Below, in pieces: positions 51,931-60,837 of a DNA stretch of 64,000 nucleotides. The DNA comes from an uncultured Anaerolineales bacterium (GTDB taxonomy: Bacteria; Chloroflexota; Anaerolineae; B4-G1): positions 18,351 to 82,350 of the forward strand of contig CAYMWP010000003.1 of NCBI GenBank assembly GCA_964393895.1, written 5' to 3'. The position numbers were made by a program, and so were the translations under genes. The first letter of the stretch is position 1; each line of letters begins with the position of its first letter. The notes under the pieces were generated by a model, which was given only the letters and a program-made list of their open reading frames with translations, had not been told where the DNA came from and did no database searches.

Positions 51931-53181
51931 CTAGGGAGCGACGGCGAATAGACATTTGAGATACTCGCCCTCTTTGAAACCGACCGGATGATCCAGCGGA
52001 TGCCCGGTGCGTTCGATCTCGCGCAGCGGGCGGCCCGCCTGTGCGGCGGCGCGGTTGACTTCCTCGAAGAACGGTTCCGCGCCGACCCGGCTGGAGCAGG
52101 AAGCCTGCACCAGCGTCCCGCCCGGACGCAGCACGCCCAGGCTCATGCGGGTCAGACGGGCGTAGGCCGCGAGCGCCGGCACCACCTGCGTCTGTCTCCT
52201 CGCGAAAGCGGGCGGATCCACGATCACCACATCAAAGCGGCGGCGGCTTTTCCCCAGCCGGGCCAGCCCCTCGAAAGCGTCCTCGACCAACATCTCGTGG
52301 GAGGCGGCCGCCACCGACGGATGATGGCGGTTGAGCGCCAGGTTGCGGGCCGCCGATTCCAGCGCGGGCGCGCTCGCGTCCAGGCTGACGACAACCCGCG
52401 CCCCGCCTCGCGCCGCGTACAGCGAGAACCCGCCCGTGTAGGCGAAAACGTCCAACACGCTCTTGCCCGCCGCCAATTCTTCCACCCGCGCCCGGTTCTC
52501 TCGCTGATCCAGAAAAAAGCCCGTCTTTTGCCCGCGAACTGGATCGGCCTCGAAGCGTAGCCCGTTCTCCGAGAACAACACAGCGCCCTCCAGCGGTGGG
52601 CCGGAGAGGATCATACCATCGCGTAGGGGCGAGGCATCGCCTCGCCCTAACGTCCGTCCCAGCCGCAGCACCACCCGCTCGGCCGGCGCAGCTTTAGCCA
52701 ATGCGGGCAGCAGGTCGCGCAGGCGGGGAAGCCAGGCGGACGTGTAGAGTTTCAACACCAACGTCCGCTCGTACCGGTCAACGACCAGCCCCGGCAGCCC
52801 GTCGTTCCCGCCGTGGACGAGCCGGTAGCCGGTGGTCTCTTGTGCGAGCAGGGGGGCGCGCAACCGGGCCGCCTCCGCCAGCCGGGCCGCGAACCAGGCC
52901 CGGTTGATGGCGGCCGGTTCCCCGCGCTGCAAGATGCGCGCGCGGATCGTCGAATGGGGATCGTACAACCCCACGGCCAGGAAGCGGTCCTTGCGGTCAA
53001 AGACGACGGCCAGATCGCCGGCTTGTCCCTCGTGGCTCTGCCGCGTGATCGCCCGCTCGAACAGCCAGGGATGCCCGCCCCGCAGCGCCCGCTCCGCTTC
53101 TGGGGTCACGCGCAGGGCAATGCGCCGGTCGGATGGCTCAACCAGGTGCGACATTCGCACATTCGCTCTGTTCGTGTTCAA
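51931..53181 (-). CDS. rlmI: Class I SAM-dependent rRNA (cytosine-C5) methyltransferase, RlmI-like (PUA + MTase)
   Basis: GHPWLF PUA-like N-terminus, VLDVFAYTGGFSLYAA SAM motif, and DVVIVDPPAFA. Confidence 0.8.
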   Translation of the reverse strand: MNTNRANVRMSHLVEPSDRRIALRVTPEAERALRGGHPWLFERAITRQSHEGQAGDLAVVFDRKDRFLAVGLYDPHSTIRARILQRGEPAAINRAWFAARLAEAARLRAPLLAQETTGYRLVHGGNDGLPGLVVDRYERTLVLKLYTSAWLPRLRDLLPALAKAAPAERVVLRLGRTLGRGDASPLRDGMILSGPPLEGAVLFSENGLRFEADPVRGQKTGFFLDQRENRARVEELAAGKSVLDVFAYTGGFSLYAARGGARVVVSLDASAPALESAARNLALNRHHPSVAAASHEMLVEDAFEGLARLGKSRRRFDVVIVDPPAFARRQTQVVPALAAYARLTRMSLGVLRPGGTLVQASCSSRVGAEPFFEEVNRAAAQAGRPLREIERTGHPLDHPVGFKEGEYLKCLFAVAP

Positions 53182-55144
53182 AGAACTGTCTCACGTCGGC
53201 GATTCTGCGCGTGCGGCGGGCGCGAGGCAGGCTGGCGACGATCTGCTGGCCGTACCGCTTGGTGTTGATGCGCGAGTCGAGGATGGCGATCACGCCCCGG
53301 TCGGTCTCGGTGCGGATGAGGCGACCCACTCCCTGCTTTAGCGCCAGGATCGCCTCGGGCAGCGTCATCTCGTTGAAGGGGTTGCCGCCCTGATCTCGGA
53401 TGTGTTGCTGGCGATGTTGCACCACCGGGTCAAAATGAGGTGTGAAGGGGAGCTTGTCAATGATGACCAGCGACAGCGATTCGCCGGGCACGTCCACCCC
53501 TTCCCAAAAACTCTTGGTGGCAAAGAGCACCGCGCCGCCGGCGTCATTCTGGAACAGTTCGAGCAACTCGGCGCGGGAGAGCCCGTCACCCTGGCAGTAG
53601 CAGGCGTACTCCAGATGCGGGCTGATCAGTTCGTGCAACTCGTTCATACGCCGCCGGCTGGTGCACAGCACGAACGCCCGCCCCCGGCTGGCCTGGATCA
53701 AGCGCCAAATCTCGCGGCCCAGGTTGAGCGCGTACGTCTCCTCGCCCTCTCCGTATTGGGGTATCAATCCGTTGGGCGTGTAGAGGAGGGCCTGGTTGGC
53801 ATAGTCGAAAGGGCTTTCTATCACCCGCTCGATGGCGCGCTCGCGTGGGGCGCCGGTCTGCTGGCAAAAGTAGCCAAAGCCGCCTGCCACCGCGAGCGTC
53901 GCGCCGGTGCAGATTGTCCGTTTGACCGGCTCGAACAGCGCCTCCTGCAAAAAGTCGGCCACCTGGATCGGTTCTCGGTAGAGGATGATGTTGCCCGGCC
54001 CGGTCAGTCTCCCTCGCTCCTCGCAATAGCGCACGTGGTCGGCGGGTGGTTCCTCGGCCAAGTCGTGGATCATGTCGGCCAGCTCGGCCGCCCAGGCGAT
54101 GGTCGCCTGGTGACGGGCGTTTTCCTCGTTTTCCTCGTCCCCCTCCACCGGTGGGTAGGCGCGCAGCAAAGCCTTGTGGATTTTGTTGATCCGGTCGGCC
54201 AGCGATAGTCCCTCTTCGAGCTCGCCTGGCACGGCCCAACGCCGTTCCCGCTCCGATGGCTTGTGAGAGAGGGCCTCGAACAGGGAACTGTTGAGGAGCA
54301 CCGCCCCCTGACGCAGTCTGTCGGGGGCGTGGCGGAGCACCACGCTATCGTTGATGAACTGGGGGATCGTGTCGTACTCCATCCCCAAGCGCAGCGCGTT
54401 GACGACGTACCTTTCCAACTCGTGCGCCTCATCCACGACGATCACCGGGCGGGGCGAGAGGAACGGCACGATCAGGTTGAACGCCAGCAGCGCGTGGTTG
54501 ACGACGACGATGTCGGCCTTTTCCGCCCGCAGCTTGGCCCATTCGTAGTAGCAGCGGTCGTGGAGCGGGCACTCGCGCCCCAGGCAATCGTGTCGCCCGG
54601 CGGTCACGGCCTCGCGCAAGCGTCCAGAGAGGCGCATCTCCCCCACATCGCCAGAGATGGCGCCGTCCTCGGCCTCGTAGATGCGGGCCGCCAGATCGGC
54701 GATGGTTTGCTCCTGACCGGGCAGCGTCAACTGCTGCCTCGCCTTTTGCAGCTTGAGGTGGCAGATATAGTTCGCGCGCCCCTTGAGCAGCGCGACCGTG
54801 AACGGGCGCGGCGAGACCTTTTGCAACGTGGGGATGTCCTTCTCCCACAACTGGGTCTGCAGGGTCTTGTTGGCCGTGGAGACAAAGGCCCTGGCCCCCG
54901 ACGCGATCAGCGGGATCAGGTAGGCGAAGGACTTGCCGCAGCCGGTGCCCGCTTCGAGCAGCGCGGGCCGCTCTTCGACCAACGCCTGGCGGACGAGTTG
55001 CGCCATCTCCACCTGGCCGGCCCGGTAGCGGTACCTCTGGCCCAACGCGCGGGCGACCATGCCGTCGCGGGCAAAGGCCGGCGTGACGTCGGGCACCTTG
55101 ATGCGCTCTTCTTCCGTTTCCAGGGGATGGCGTGCTTCAGGCAT
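53138..55144 (-). CDS. dinG: DinG/XPD(Rad3)-like Fe-S DNA helicase
   Basis: EAGTGCGKSFAYLIP, four Cys (ANYICH..., HDCLGRECPLHDRCYY), DEAHELE, and the C-terminal motif GVGRLIRTETDRGV. Start taken at ATG 55144; the ORF track extends to 55225. Confidence 0.85.
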   Translation of the reverse strand: MPEARHPLETEEERIKVPDVTPAFARDGMVARALGQRYRYRAGQVEMAQLVRQALVEERPALLEAGTGCGKSFAYLIPLIASGARAFVSTANKTLQTQLWEKDIPTLQKVSPRPFTVALLKGRANYICHLKLQKARQQLTLPGQEQTIADLAARIYEAEDGAISGDVGEMRLSGRLREAVTAGRHDCLGRECPLHDRCYYEWAKLRAEKADIVVVNHALLAFNLIVPFLSPRPVIVVDEAHELERYVVNALRLGMEYDTIPQFINDSVVLRHAPDRLRQGAVLLNSSLFEALSHKPSERERRWAVPGELEEGLSLADRINKIHKALLRAYPPVEGDEENEENARHQATIAWAAELADMIHDLAEEPPADHVRYCEERGRLTGPGNIILYREPIQVADFLQEALFEPVKRTICTGATLAVAGGFGYFCQQTGAPRERAIERVIESPFDYANQALLYTPNGLIPQYGEGEETYALNLGREIWRLIQASRGRAFVLCTSRRRMNELHELISPHLEYACYCQGDGLSRAELLELFQNDAGGAVLFATKSFWEGVDVPGESLSLVIIDKLPFTPHFDPVVQHRQQHIRDQGGNPFNEMTLPEAILALKQGVGRLIRTETDRGVIAILDSRINTKRYGQQIVASLPRARRTRRIADVRQFFEHEQSECANVAPG

Positions 55145-55279
55145 ATCGTCGAGTATATTACGTCGGATGCCGATATAAGTCAAGCTCCGCGCGTGCTCTT
55201 GCCAGACACTTGACAGGCCGAACACCTGTTCGTATAATGGGGCAGTGTAGGTATCCTCTCAATAACCTGGGGTTTGAAA

Positions 55280-55320
55280 GGCAAGAAACCAGGTTTTTTT
55301 GAAAAACCTGGTTTCTTGCC
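55280..55320. repeat. Perfect 19-bp inverted repeat with a 3-nt loop in a divergent intergenic region
   Basis: GGCAAGAAACCAGGTTTTT ttg AAAAACCTGGTTTCTTGCC, read directly from the sequence. It shares the AAACCAGGTTTTT/AAAAACCTGGTTT core with the insertion at 40194-40350. Confidence 0.9.
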
Positions 55321-55417
55321 CCGAACTATTGAGATGATACCAGTGTAGGGTGTCGTTGGTTTGATCTCACCTGCTCGATCAGTCGTCGGGCGCAGACCAC
55401 AACCCAGGAGGCCGCGT

Positions 55418-56134
55418 ATGAAAACCAAAAAAGCCAGGGAATTGGGCGCACGAATCGCCGCGCTCGTTCGGGTCGGGCGGATGGACCAAGCCTGCGCTCT
55501 TCTATCCCCAGTGCTGGCCGAACGCACGCCCTTTCGCTTGTTGGGGCTGATCGGTGAGGCGGTCGGCGCGGGGCCGCTGGGGGAGGTGAACCGTTTCCTG
55601 GAGCGCGTGGCGGCCGCAAGGACCGAGGGCGGCTGGGTGGTCATCGGCAAGGCTCTGGGCCAACAGCTAGAGCGTGACGCAGCGGGCGCTTTCGACCGCT
55701 GCCGGGGCTACATCGTCGCCGCCGACGTCTGGTATGGCGCGGACATCCTGGGAGAGCGGGTGCCCGGCCCGGCGTTGGTGGCCGACTTTCGACCGGCCCT
55801 AGAGTTGCTCGCCCCCTGGCGGGAGGATGCCAACCCCTGGGTGCGGCGGACGGTCGGCGTCGCCGTGCACTTTTGGGCCAAGCGTGCACGCGGAGAACGC
55901 GCTGCCGAGGCGGAAACGCTGCTGGCCTTCCTGGAGCCGATGTTCGGCGAGTGGGAGATGGACGCCGTCAAAGGCGTGGGTTGGGGGTTAAAGACGTTGG
56001 GCAAGTATTATCCTGACTTGGTGGCAGGCTGGTTGCCACACCAGGTTGGCCGGCCTCATCGGGCGTTGATGTTGCGCAAGGCGCTGACGTATCTTGCGGA
56101 GGAACAGACCCTAAAGGTTTCAGAAAACCTTTAG
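55418..56134 (+). CDS. HEAT-repeat DNA alkylation repair (AlkC/AlkD-like) protein
   Basis: ATG 55418 is preceded by AGGAG. Helical repeats include ANPWVRRTVGVAVHFW. The family call is moderate. The C-terminus TLKVSENL and the stop are encoded by a palindromic repeat. Confidence 0.6.
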   Translation: MKTKKARELGARIAALVRVGRMDQACALLSPVLAERTPFRLLGLIGEAVGAGPLGEVNRFLERVAAARTEGGWVVIGKALGQQLERDAAGAFDRCRGYIVAADVWYGADILGERVPGPALVADFRPALELLAPWREDANPWVRRTVGVAVHFWAKRARGERAAEAETLLAFLEPMFGEWEMDAVKGVGWGLKTLGKYYPDLVAGWLPHQVGRPHRALMLRKALTYLAEEQTLKVSENL

Positions 56135-56139
56135 GGTCT
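56106..56139. repeat. Palindromic element copy (perfect 15-bp stem, 4-nt loop)
   Basis: AGACCCTAAAGGTTT caga AAACCTTTAGGGTCT spans the stop of the AlkD-like gene. Confidence 0.9.
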
Positions 56140-56146
56140 TGGAATA

Positions 56147-57277
56147 ATGATGGAACTCGAGTTCCAAGAATACCGCGCCCGCAAGATTCTCAACGTCCAC
56201 AAGCACGTGGACGGCCCCTGGTTCTGGGGCAAGTACACGGCGCATCCCTACGTCGGTTGCCGCAGCGGGTGCGAGTTTTGTTACTCGCGGGGCAGCCGTT
56301 ACCTGGGACGGCGCGATCCAGATACCTTTGACATGCTGATCGGGGTCAAGGTCAACGCGGTGGAATTGCTGCGCGGCGAGCTTTTTGGCCGGGAGGACGA
56401 GATCGTCTCCGTAGGCGATTGGCAGCAGCCGGCCGAGAGCCGCTACCGACTCTCGCGCGGTATGTTGGAGGTGGTGCGCGACCTGGGCTTTCCTCTGTTC
56501 ATCGTCGAACGCTCACCGCTCCTCACCCGCGATCTGGACTTGCTCGTGGAAATCAACCGCCAATCCTGGGTGGGCGTGCTCTTTAGCATCAGCAACGTGG
56601 ACCCGGCCCTGAAGCGAGCGTTCGAGCCGCGCAGCCCAGGCGTCAAGCGCCGCCTGCGGGCAATGGAAAAGCTGGCGAGCGCCGGTATCCTGGTCGGCAG
56701 CTCGATGATGCCCGTAATTCCCTTCGTGGGCGACGACGAAAAACACCTGGAGGACCTGATCCGCGCCACCAAAGATCACGGCGGCTCGTGCGTGCTGGCC
56801 GGCGGGCTGACGATGGACGGCGTCCAGGCCCAACGTAGCCTGGTGGCGGCCCGGCGGCTCGACCCGGCGCTGGAACCCCGCTGGCGGGAGTTGTACGGCT
56901 GGGAGGAGGGCGGGAAGCCGAACTATAGCCCGCCGCAGGGGTACAGCGCCTGGCTGGGGCTGCTGGTGCGCGAGTTGTGCGCCCGCCACGGCCTGCTGGA
57001 TCGTATGCCGCGCTACGTGAGGCCAGGGCCGTTGGCGGTCAACAAACGGGTCGCCGAGTGGCTGTTCCTCAAGACCTACGACCTGGAATTGGAGCAGGCG
57101 AAAGAATATCGCATCTGGGCCTATCGCAAGGCAGCCTGGACGGTGGACGAGTGGCCGCAGAGCGTGGCCGAGATATACCAGGCCCAAGGCGAGGCAGGCT
57201 TGCGGGAACTGCCGGGCATCGGCAAGAGTTTGGCGGCGCAGATTATCGAGACCCTAAAGGTTTCAGAAAACCCTTAG
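56147..57277 (+). CDS. SplB-like radical SAM DNA repair photolyase fused to a PolX-type helix-hairpin-helix tail
   Basis: The radical SAM motif is HPYVGCRSGCEFCYSR. The C-terminus YRIWAYRKAAWTVDEW...GLRELPGIGKSLAAQIIE resembles the Pol X N-terminal HhH module. Confidence 0.8.
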   Translation: MMELEFQEYRARKILNVHKHVDGPWFWGKYTAHPYVGCRSGCEFCYSRGSRYLGRRDPDTFDMLIGVKVNAVELLRGELFGREDEIVSVGDWQQPAESRYRLSRGMLEVVRDLGFPLFIVERSPLLTRDLDLLVEINRQSWVGVLFSISNVDPALKRAFEPRSPGVKRRLRAMEKLASAGILVGSSMMPVIPFVGDDEKHLEDLIRATKDHGGSCVLAGGLTMDGVQAQRSLVAARRLDPALEPRWRELYGWEEGGKPNYSPPQGYSAWLGLLVRELCARHGLLDRMPRYVRPGPLAVNKRVAEWLFLKTYDLELEQAKEYRIWAYRKAAWTVDEWPQSVAEIYQAQGEAGLRELPGIGKSLAAQIIETLKVSENP

Positions 57278-57281
57278 GGTC
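57250..57281. repeat. Palindromic element copy (one mismatch)
   Basis: GACCCTAAAGGTTTCAGAAAACCCTTAGGGTC spans the stop of the radical SAM gene. Confidence 0.9.
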
Positions 57282-57301
57282 TGGGAAGTTAAAGGAGCGA
57301 C

Positions 57302-58108
57302 ATGCCCGAACTGCCAGAGATAACGGCTCGCGCCCGCGAGATGCAAGGGTTGGTGGGCAAGAGGATCGCCCGTATTGAGGTGCTGCAACCCAAGTGCCTC
57401 AACGTCCCGCCGGAGACGTTCGTCGAGGCGCTGACCGGCGCGCGCGTGCTCGCCGTGACCCATCGTGGCAAGTGGATTTTCGTCGAGACGACCCAGGGGT
57501 GGTTGTTGCTCAATCTGGGGATGGGGGGCGAGCTTTTGCTCGTCACGCGCGATGCGCTTCCGGAGAAACGTCGCCTCGTTTTTGACTTTGACGATGGCGC
57601 CTGCCTGACCGTCAATTTCTGGTGGTTTGGCTATGCTCACCACGTTCCTGCTGGCGAGTTGGATAGCCACGCCATGACGGCCAAGCTCGGCCCAAACGCG
57701 CTCGACTTGACGGCCAACGATCTGTGGGATCTGCTCCAAGGCCGGCGCGGGCGGATCAAATCGTACCTGTTGGATCAATCTCACGTTGCCGGTATCGGCA
57801 ACGCCTACATCCACGACATTCTCTTCATGGCGCGGCTGCATCCCTTACGCAAGGCAAACACGCTGACCGATGCTGAGGTGGATGCGCTGGCTGAGGCGAT
57901 TCGGGCCGGGCTTGAGCCTAGCATCGAGAAGGGTGGGGCCTTCTACGAGATGAACCTCTACGGGCAGAAGGGCGGCTTTGCGATGGATGACATCCTGGTT
58001 GGCTACAAGGAAGGCAAGCCCTGCCCGGTCTGCGGCGCGCCGATTGAAAAGATCAAGACCGGGAGCAACAGCAGTTTCGTCTGCCCTCGTTGCCAACCCC
58101 TGGAATGA
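57302..58108 (+). CDS. mutM: Formamidopyrimidine-DNA glycosylase (Fpg/Nei family)
   Basis: N-terminal MPELPEI, an H2TH region (LLDQSHVAGIGNAYIHDILF), and the zinc finger CPVCGAPI...FVCPRCQ. Confidence 0.9.
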   Translation: MPELPEITARAREMQGLVGKRIARIEVLQPKCLNVPPETFVEALTGARVLAVTHRGKWIFVETTQGWLLLNLGMGGELLLVTRDALPEKRRLVFDFDDGACLTVNFWWFGYAHHVPAGELDSHAMTAKLGPNALDLTANDLWDLLQGRRGRIKSYLLDQSHVAGIGNAYIHDILFMARLHPLRKANTLTDAEVDALAEAIRAGLEPSIEKGGAFYEMNLYGQKGGFAMDDILVGYKEGKPCPVCGAPIEKIKTGSNSSFVCPRCQPLE

Positions 58109-58242
58109 GGGTGGGCGGTAGCGACCGACTCAGAATCCGAGTTCAAACCGGTTGGCGCCAGTGATGACAGAGCACTGACCCCGGCCAGAGCCGCGCTGCG
58201 CCATCCTCGTGGCGACGGGAACGGCCGCTCGGCGCCCCACAT

Positions 58243-58271
58243 TTGCCCTTCTCCACCCATCATGCTAAAAT
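58243..58271 (+). promoter_or_regulatory. Candidate sigma-70-type promoter for hsdM
   Basis: TTGCCC (58243-58248), a 17-nt spacer ending in TGC, then TAAAAT (58266-58271), which gives an extended -10 TGCTAAAAT. It lies about 80 nt upstream of the hsdM start. Confidence 0.45.
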
Positions 58272-58349
58272 CCTTACACAAGACAAAACGCCTCGCGTCA
58301 AGATGCGGCCGGCTTTGTTTTACTTGCATTGCTCACAAGGAGCCATTCA

Positions 58350-59918
58350 TTGCCCGCCAACAACAACGACCTCGAAAAACGTCTGTGGGACGCCGCCGAC
58401 GAGCTGCGCGCCAACTCGCGCCTGCGCGCCGCCGAGTACTCGGTCCCCGTCCTGGGGCTGATATTTTTGCGCTACGCCGACCACCGCTTTGCCGCAGCCG
58501 GTGCGGCGATCCAGGCCGAGCGGGCCACGGCTACCGAGGCGGGCGGCCGGCAGCGCCCGGTCTCGCCGCTGGACTACCAGGCCCGCGGCGTGCTCTACCT
58601 GCCCCAGGAAGCCCGCTTCGCCCACCTGGTGGCGCTGCCCGAGGGGAGCGACATCGGCCGCGCCATCGGCGACGCGATGAAGGCGGTTGAGACCCACAAC
58701 CCCGACCTCAAGGATGTGCTGCCCAAGACCTACAATCGCTTCGAGAACGCCACCCTGCGCGAACTGCTGCGCATCTTTAACGGTATCTCGATGGACGTCC
58801 AGGGGGACGTCTTTGGCAAGATTTACGAGTACTTTTTGAGCAACTTTGCCAGAGCCGAGGGCCAGCGCGGCGGCGAGTTCTTTACCCCCACCGCCCTCGT
58901 GCGGTTGATCGTCGAGATCATCGAGCCTTTCCACGGCTACATCTTCGACCCGGCCTGCGGGTCGGGCGGCATGTTCGTGCAGAGCGCGCGCTTTGTGCAG
59001 CGCCACCAGGGGCAGACGACCGACGTCTCCATCTACGGCCAGGAGCGGGTGGCCGGCACGGTGCGGCTGTGCAAGATGAACCTGGCCGTCCACGGTTTGG
59101 CCGGCGATGTGCGCCAGGGCAACACCTACTACGAGGACATCCACCAATCCCGAGGGCGCTTTGATTTCGTGATGGCGAATCCCCCCTTCAACGTCAACCG
59201 GGTGGACAAGGACCGCCTCAAGGACAGCCCCCGCTTCCCCTTTGGCCTGCCGCGGGTGGACAACGCCAACTACCTTTGGATCCAGCTCTTTTACAGCGCG
59301 TTGAACGAGATGGGCCGGGCGGGGTTTGTGATGGCCAACTCGGCCAGCGACGCCCGCGGCTCGGAGTTAGAGATCCGCCGGCAGTTGATCCAGAGCGGCG
59401 CGGTGGACGTGATGGTGGCCGTAGGCTCGAATTTCTTTTACACGGTGACCCTGCCCTGCACGCTGTGGTTCCTCGACCGGGGCAAGCCGGAGGAGCGGCG
59501 GGACAAGGTGCTGTTCATCGATGCGCGCCACGTCTATACCCAAGTGGACCGCGCCCACCGCGAGTTCACGCCCGCGCAGATCGAGTTCCTGGCCAACATT
59601 GTGCGGTTGTACCGCGGGCGCGAGGCAGAGACGGACCAGGGCAGCGCGGAGCTGATGGCCGAGCACTTTCCGGAGGGCGCGTACCGGGACGTGGCGGGCT
59701 TGTGCAAGGCGGCCACCCTGGACGAGATCGAGGGCCAGGGCTGGAGCCTCAACCCCGGCCGGTACGTGGGCGTGGCCGAGCGGGAGGTGGACCCCGACTT
59801 TGACTTTGCCGAGCAACTGGAGACGCTGCACGAGGAGTTGGAGGTGCTCAACGCCGAGGCGCACGAGTTGGAGGAGCGGATCGCGGAGAATGTGGCGCAG
59901 TTGTTGAACAGCCTGTGA
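58350..59918 (+). CDS. hsdM: Type I restriction-modification system methyltransferase subunit HsdM
   Basis: The N-terminus [19 protein letters not shown] is HsdM_N-like. Also [22 protein letters not shown] and NPPFN. TTG 58350 after AAGGAG is the likely start; the ORF track starts at 58329. Confidence 0.9.
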   Translation: MPANNNDLEKRLWDAADELRANSRLRAAEYSVPVLGLIFLRYADHRFAAAGAAIQAERATATEAGGRQRPVSPLDYQARGVLYLPQEARFAHLVALPEGSDIGRAIGDAMKAVETHNPDLKDVLPKTYNRFENATLRELLRIFNGISMDVQGDVFGKIYEYFLSNFARAEGQRGGEFFTPTALVRLIVEIIEPFHGYIFDPACGSGGMFVQSARFVQRHQGQTTDVSIYGQERVAGTVRLCKMNLAVHGLAGDVRQGNTYYEDIHQSRGRFDFVMANPPFNVNRVDKDRLKDSPRFPFGLPRVDNANYLWIQLFYSALNEMGRAGFVMANSASDARGSELEIRRQLIQSGAVDVMVAVGSNFFYTVTLPCTLWFLDRGKPEERRDKVLFIDARHVYTQVDRAHREFTPAQIEFLANIVRLYRGREAETDQGSAELMAEHFPEGAYRDVAGLCKAATLDEIEGQGWSLNPGRYVGVAEREVDPDFDFAEQLETLHEELEVLNAEAHELEERIAENVAQLLNSL

Positions 59919-59935
59919 TAACTGGAGCAAGAATA

Positions 59936-60751
59936 ATGGTCAACTATGACTATACAGAGAAGCAGGGCCAGTACCTGGCCTTTATCTACAACTATACCGT
60001 GATCCACGGCCAGCCCCCATCGGAAGCGGATATGCAGCGCTTTTTCCGCGTGACGCCCCCTTCCGTCCACCAGATGGTGCTCAAGCTGGAGGAAAAGGGG
60101 TTCATCAGCCGGGTGCCGAGGAAAGCCCGCACCATCCAGGTGCTGGTGGAACCCGAACAACTCCCAATACTCAGGAGGCAGGAAATACCCAAAAAGACAG
60201 TTTCAAAAGCGCCCATCTACCAGATCAAGGTCACGCTGGAAGAAAGCAAGCCGCCCATCTGGCGGCGACTGTTGGTGCCCGGCGACGTCACGCTGGAAAA
60301 GCTACACTACATCATCCAGGTGGCGATGGGCTGGACCAACTCTCACCTGCACCAGTTCATCGTTGATGGCATCTACTTTGGCGAGCCAAATCCCGACTAT
60401 GGCCCCACTATGCATGACGAACGGCGCATCCGGCTAAATGGGGTCACGACTGAGGAAGGGTTCAAGTTCACGTACGAGTATGACTTTGGCGATGGCTGGA
60501 TGCACACGCTGCTGGTGGAAAAGATTCTGGAGCCAGAGCCGGACCAGCAATACCCGGTGTGCGTCAAGGGCAAGCGCGCCTGCCCGCCGGAGGACGTGGG
60601 CGGCGTGTGGGGCTACGAAGAGTTCCTGGAGGCCATCCGGGACCCCGACCACGCCGAGCACCAGGTGTACCTGGAGTGGATCGGCGGCGAGTTCGACCCG
60701 GAGGAGTTTGACCTGGAGGAGACGAACGAGATTCTGCTGGACCTGCGGTGA
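59936..60751 (+). CDS. LexA-like winged-HTH fused to a pRiA4b ORF-3-like (PRiA4_ORF3) domain protein
   Basis: N-terminus TEKQGQYLAFIYNYTVIHGQPPSEADMQRFFRVTPPSVHQMVLKLEEKGFISR. C-terminus IYQIKVTLEESKPPIWRRLLVP...MGWTNSHLHQF...YEYDFGDGWMHTLLVE...CPPEDVGGVWGYEEF. Confidence 0.8.
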   Translation: MVNYDYTEKQGQYLAFIYNYTVIHGQPPSEADMQRFFRVTPPSVHQMVLKLEEKGFISRVPRKARTIQVLVEPEQLPILRRQEIPKKTVSKAPIYQIKVTLEESKPPIWRRLLVPGDVTLEKLHYIIQVAMGWTNSHLHQFIVDGIYFGEPNPDYGPTMHDERRIRLNGVTTEEGFKFTYEYDFGDGWMHTLLVEKILEPEPDQQYPVCVKGKRACPPEDVGGVWGYEEFLEAIRDPDHAEHQVYLEWIGGEFDPEEFDLEETNEILLDLR

Positions 60752-60765
60752 GGTCCGGTGCGCCT

Positions 60766-60834
60766 AACGCCGAGGCGCACGAGCTGGAGAAACGGATCGG
60801 GAAGAATGTGATTGAAATTCTGGAGGCAAACTAG
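60766..60834 (+). pseudogene. Orphan duplicate of the hsdM 3' end (23 codons including the stop)
   Basis: It encodes [22 protein letters not shown], against [22 protein letters not shown] at 59850-59918. By hand alignment, 40 of the first 45 nt are identical. It ends 3 nt before the hsdS ATG. Confidence 0.65.
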
Positions 60835-60837
60835 TAG

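Noticed and set aside
56106-56139. GGTTTCAGAAAACC-core palindromes considered as rho-independent terminators.
   Set aside because: No U-tract follows on either strand. The copies sit between tightly coupled co-directional genes or inside recJ, so they were classed as repeat elements with a possible RNA-stability role.
58108-58329. The fpg-hsdM intergenic region (and other gaps at 46100-46363, 47340-47575 and 48800-49029) screened for tRNA, small RNA or att sites marking an island boundary.
   Set aside because: I could not recognise a cloverleaf or conserved tRNA boxes by eye. Only a promoter-like element was retained. A tRNAscan or Infernal run would be needed to exclude them.
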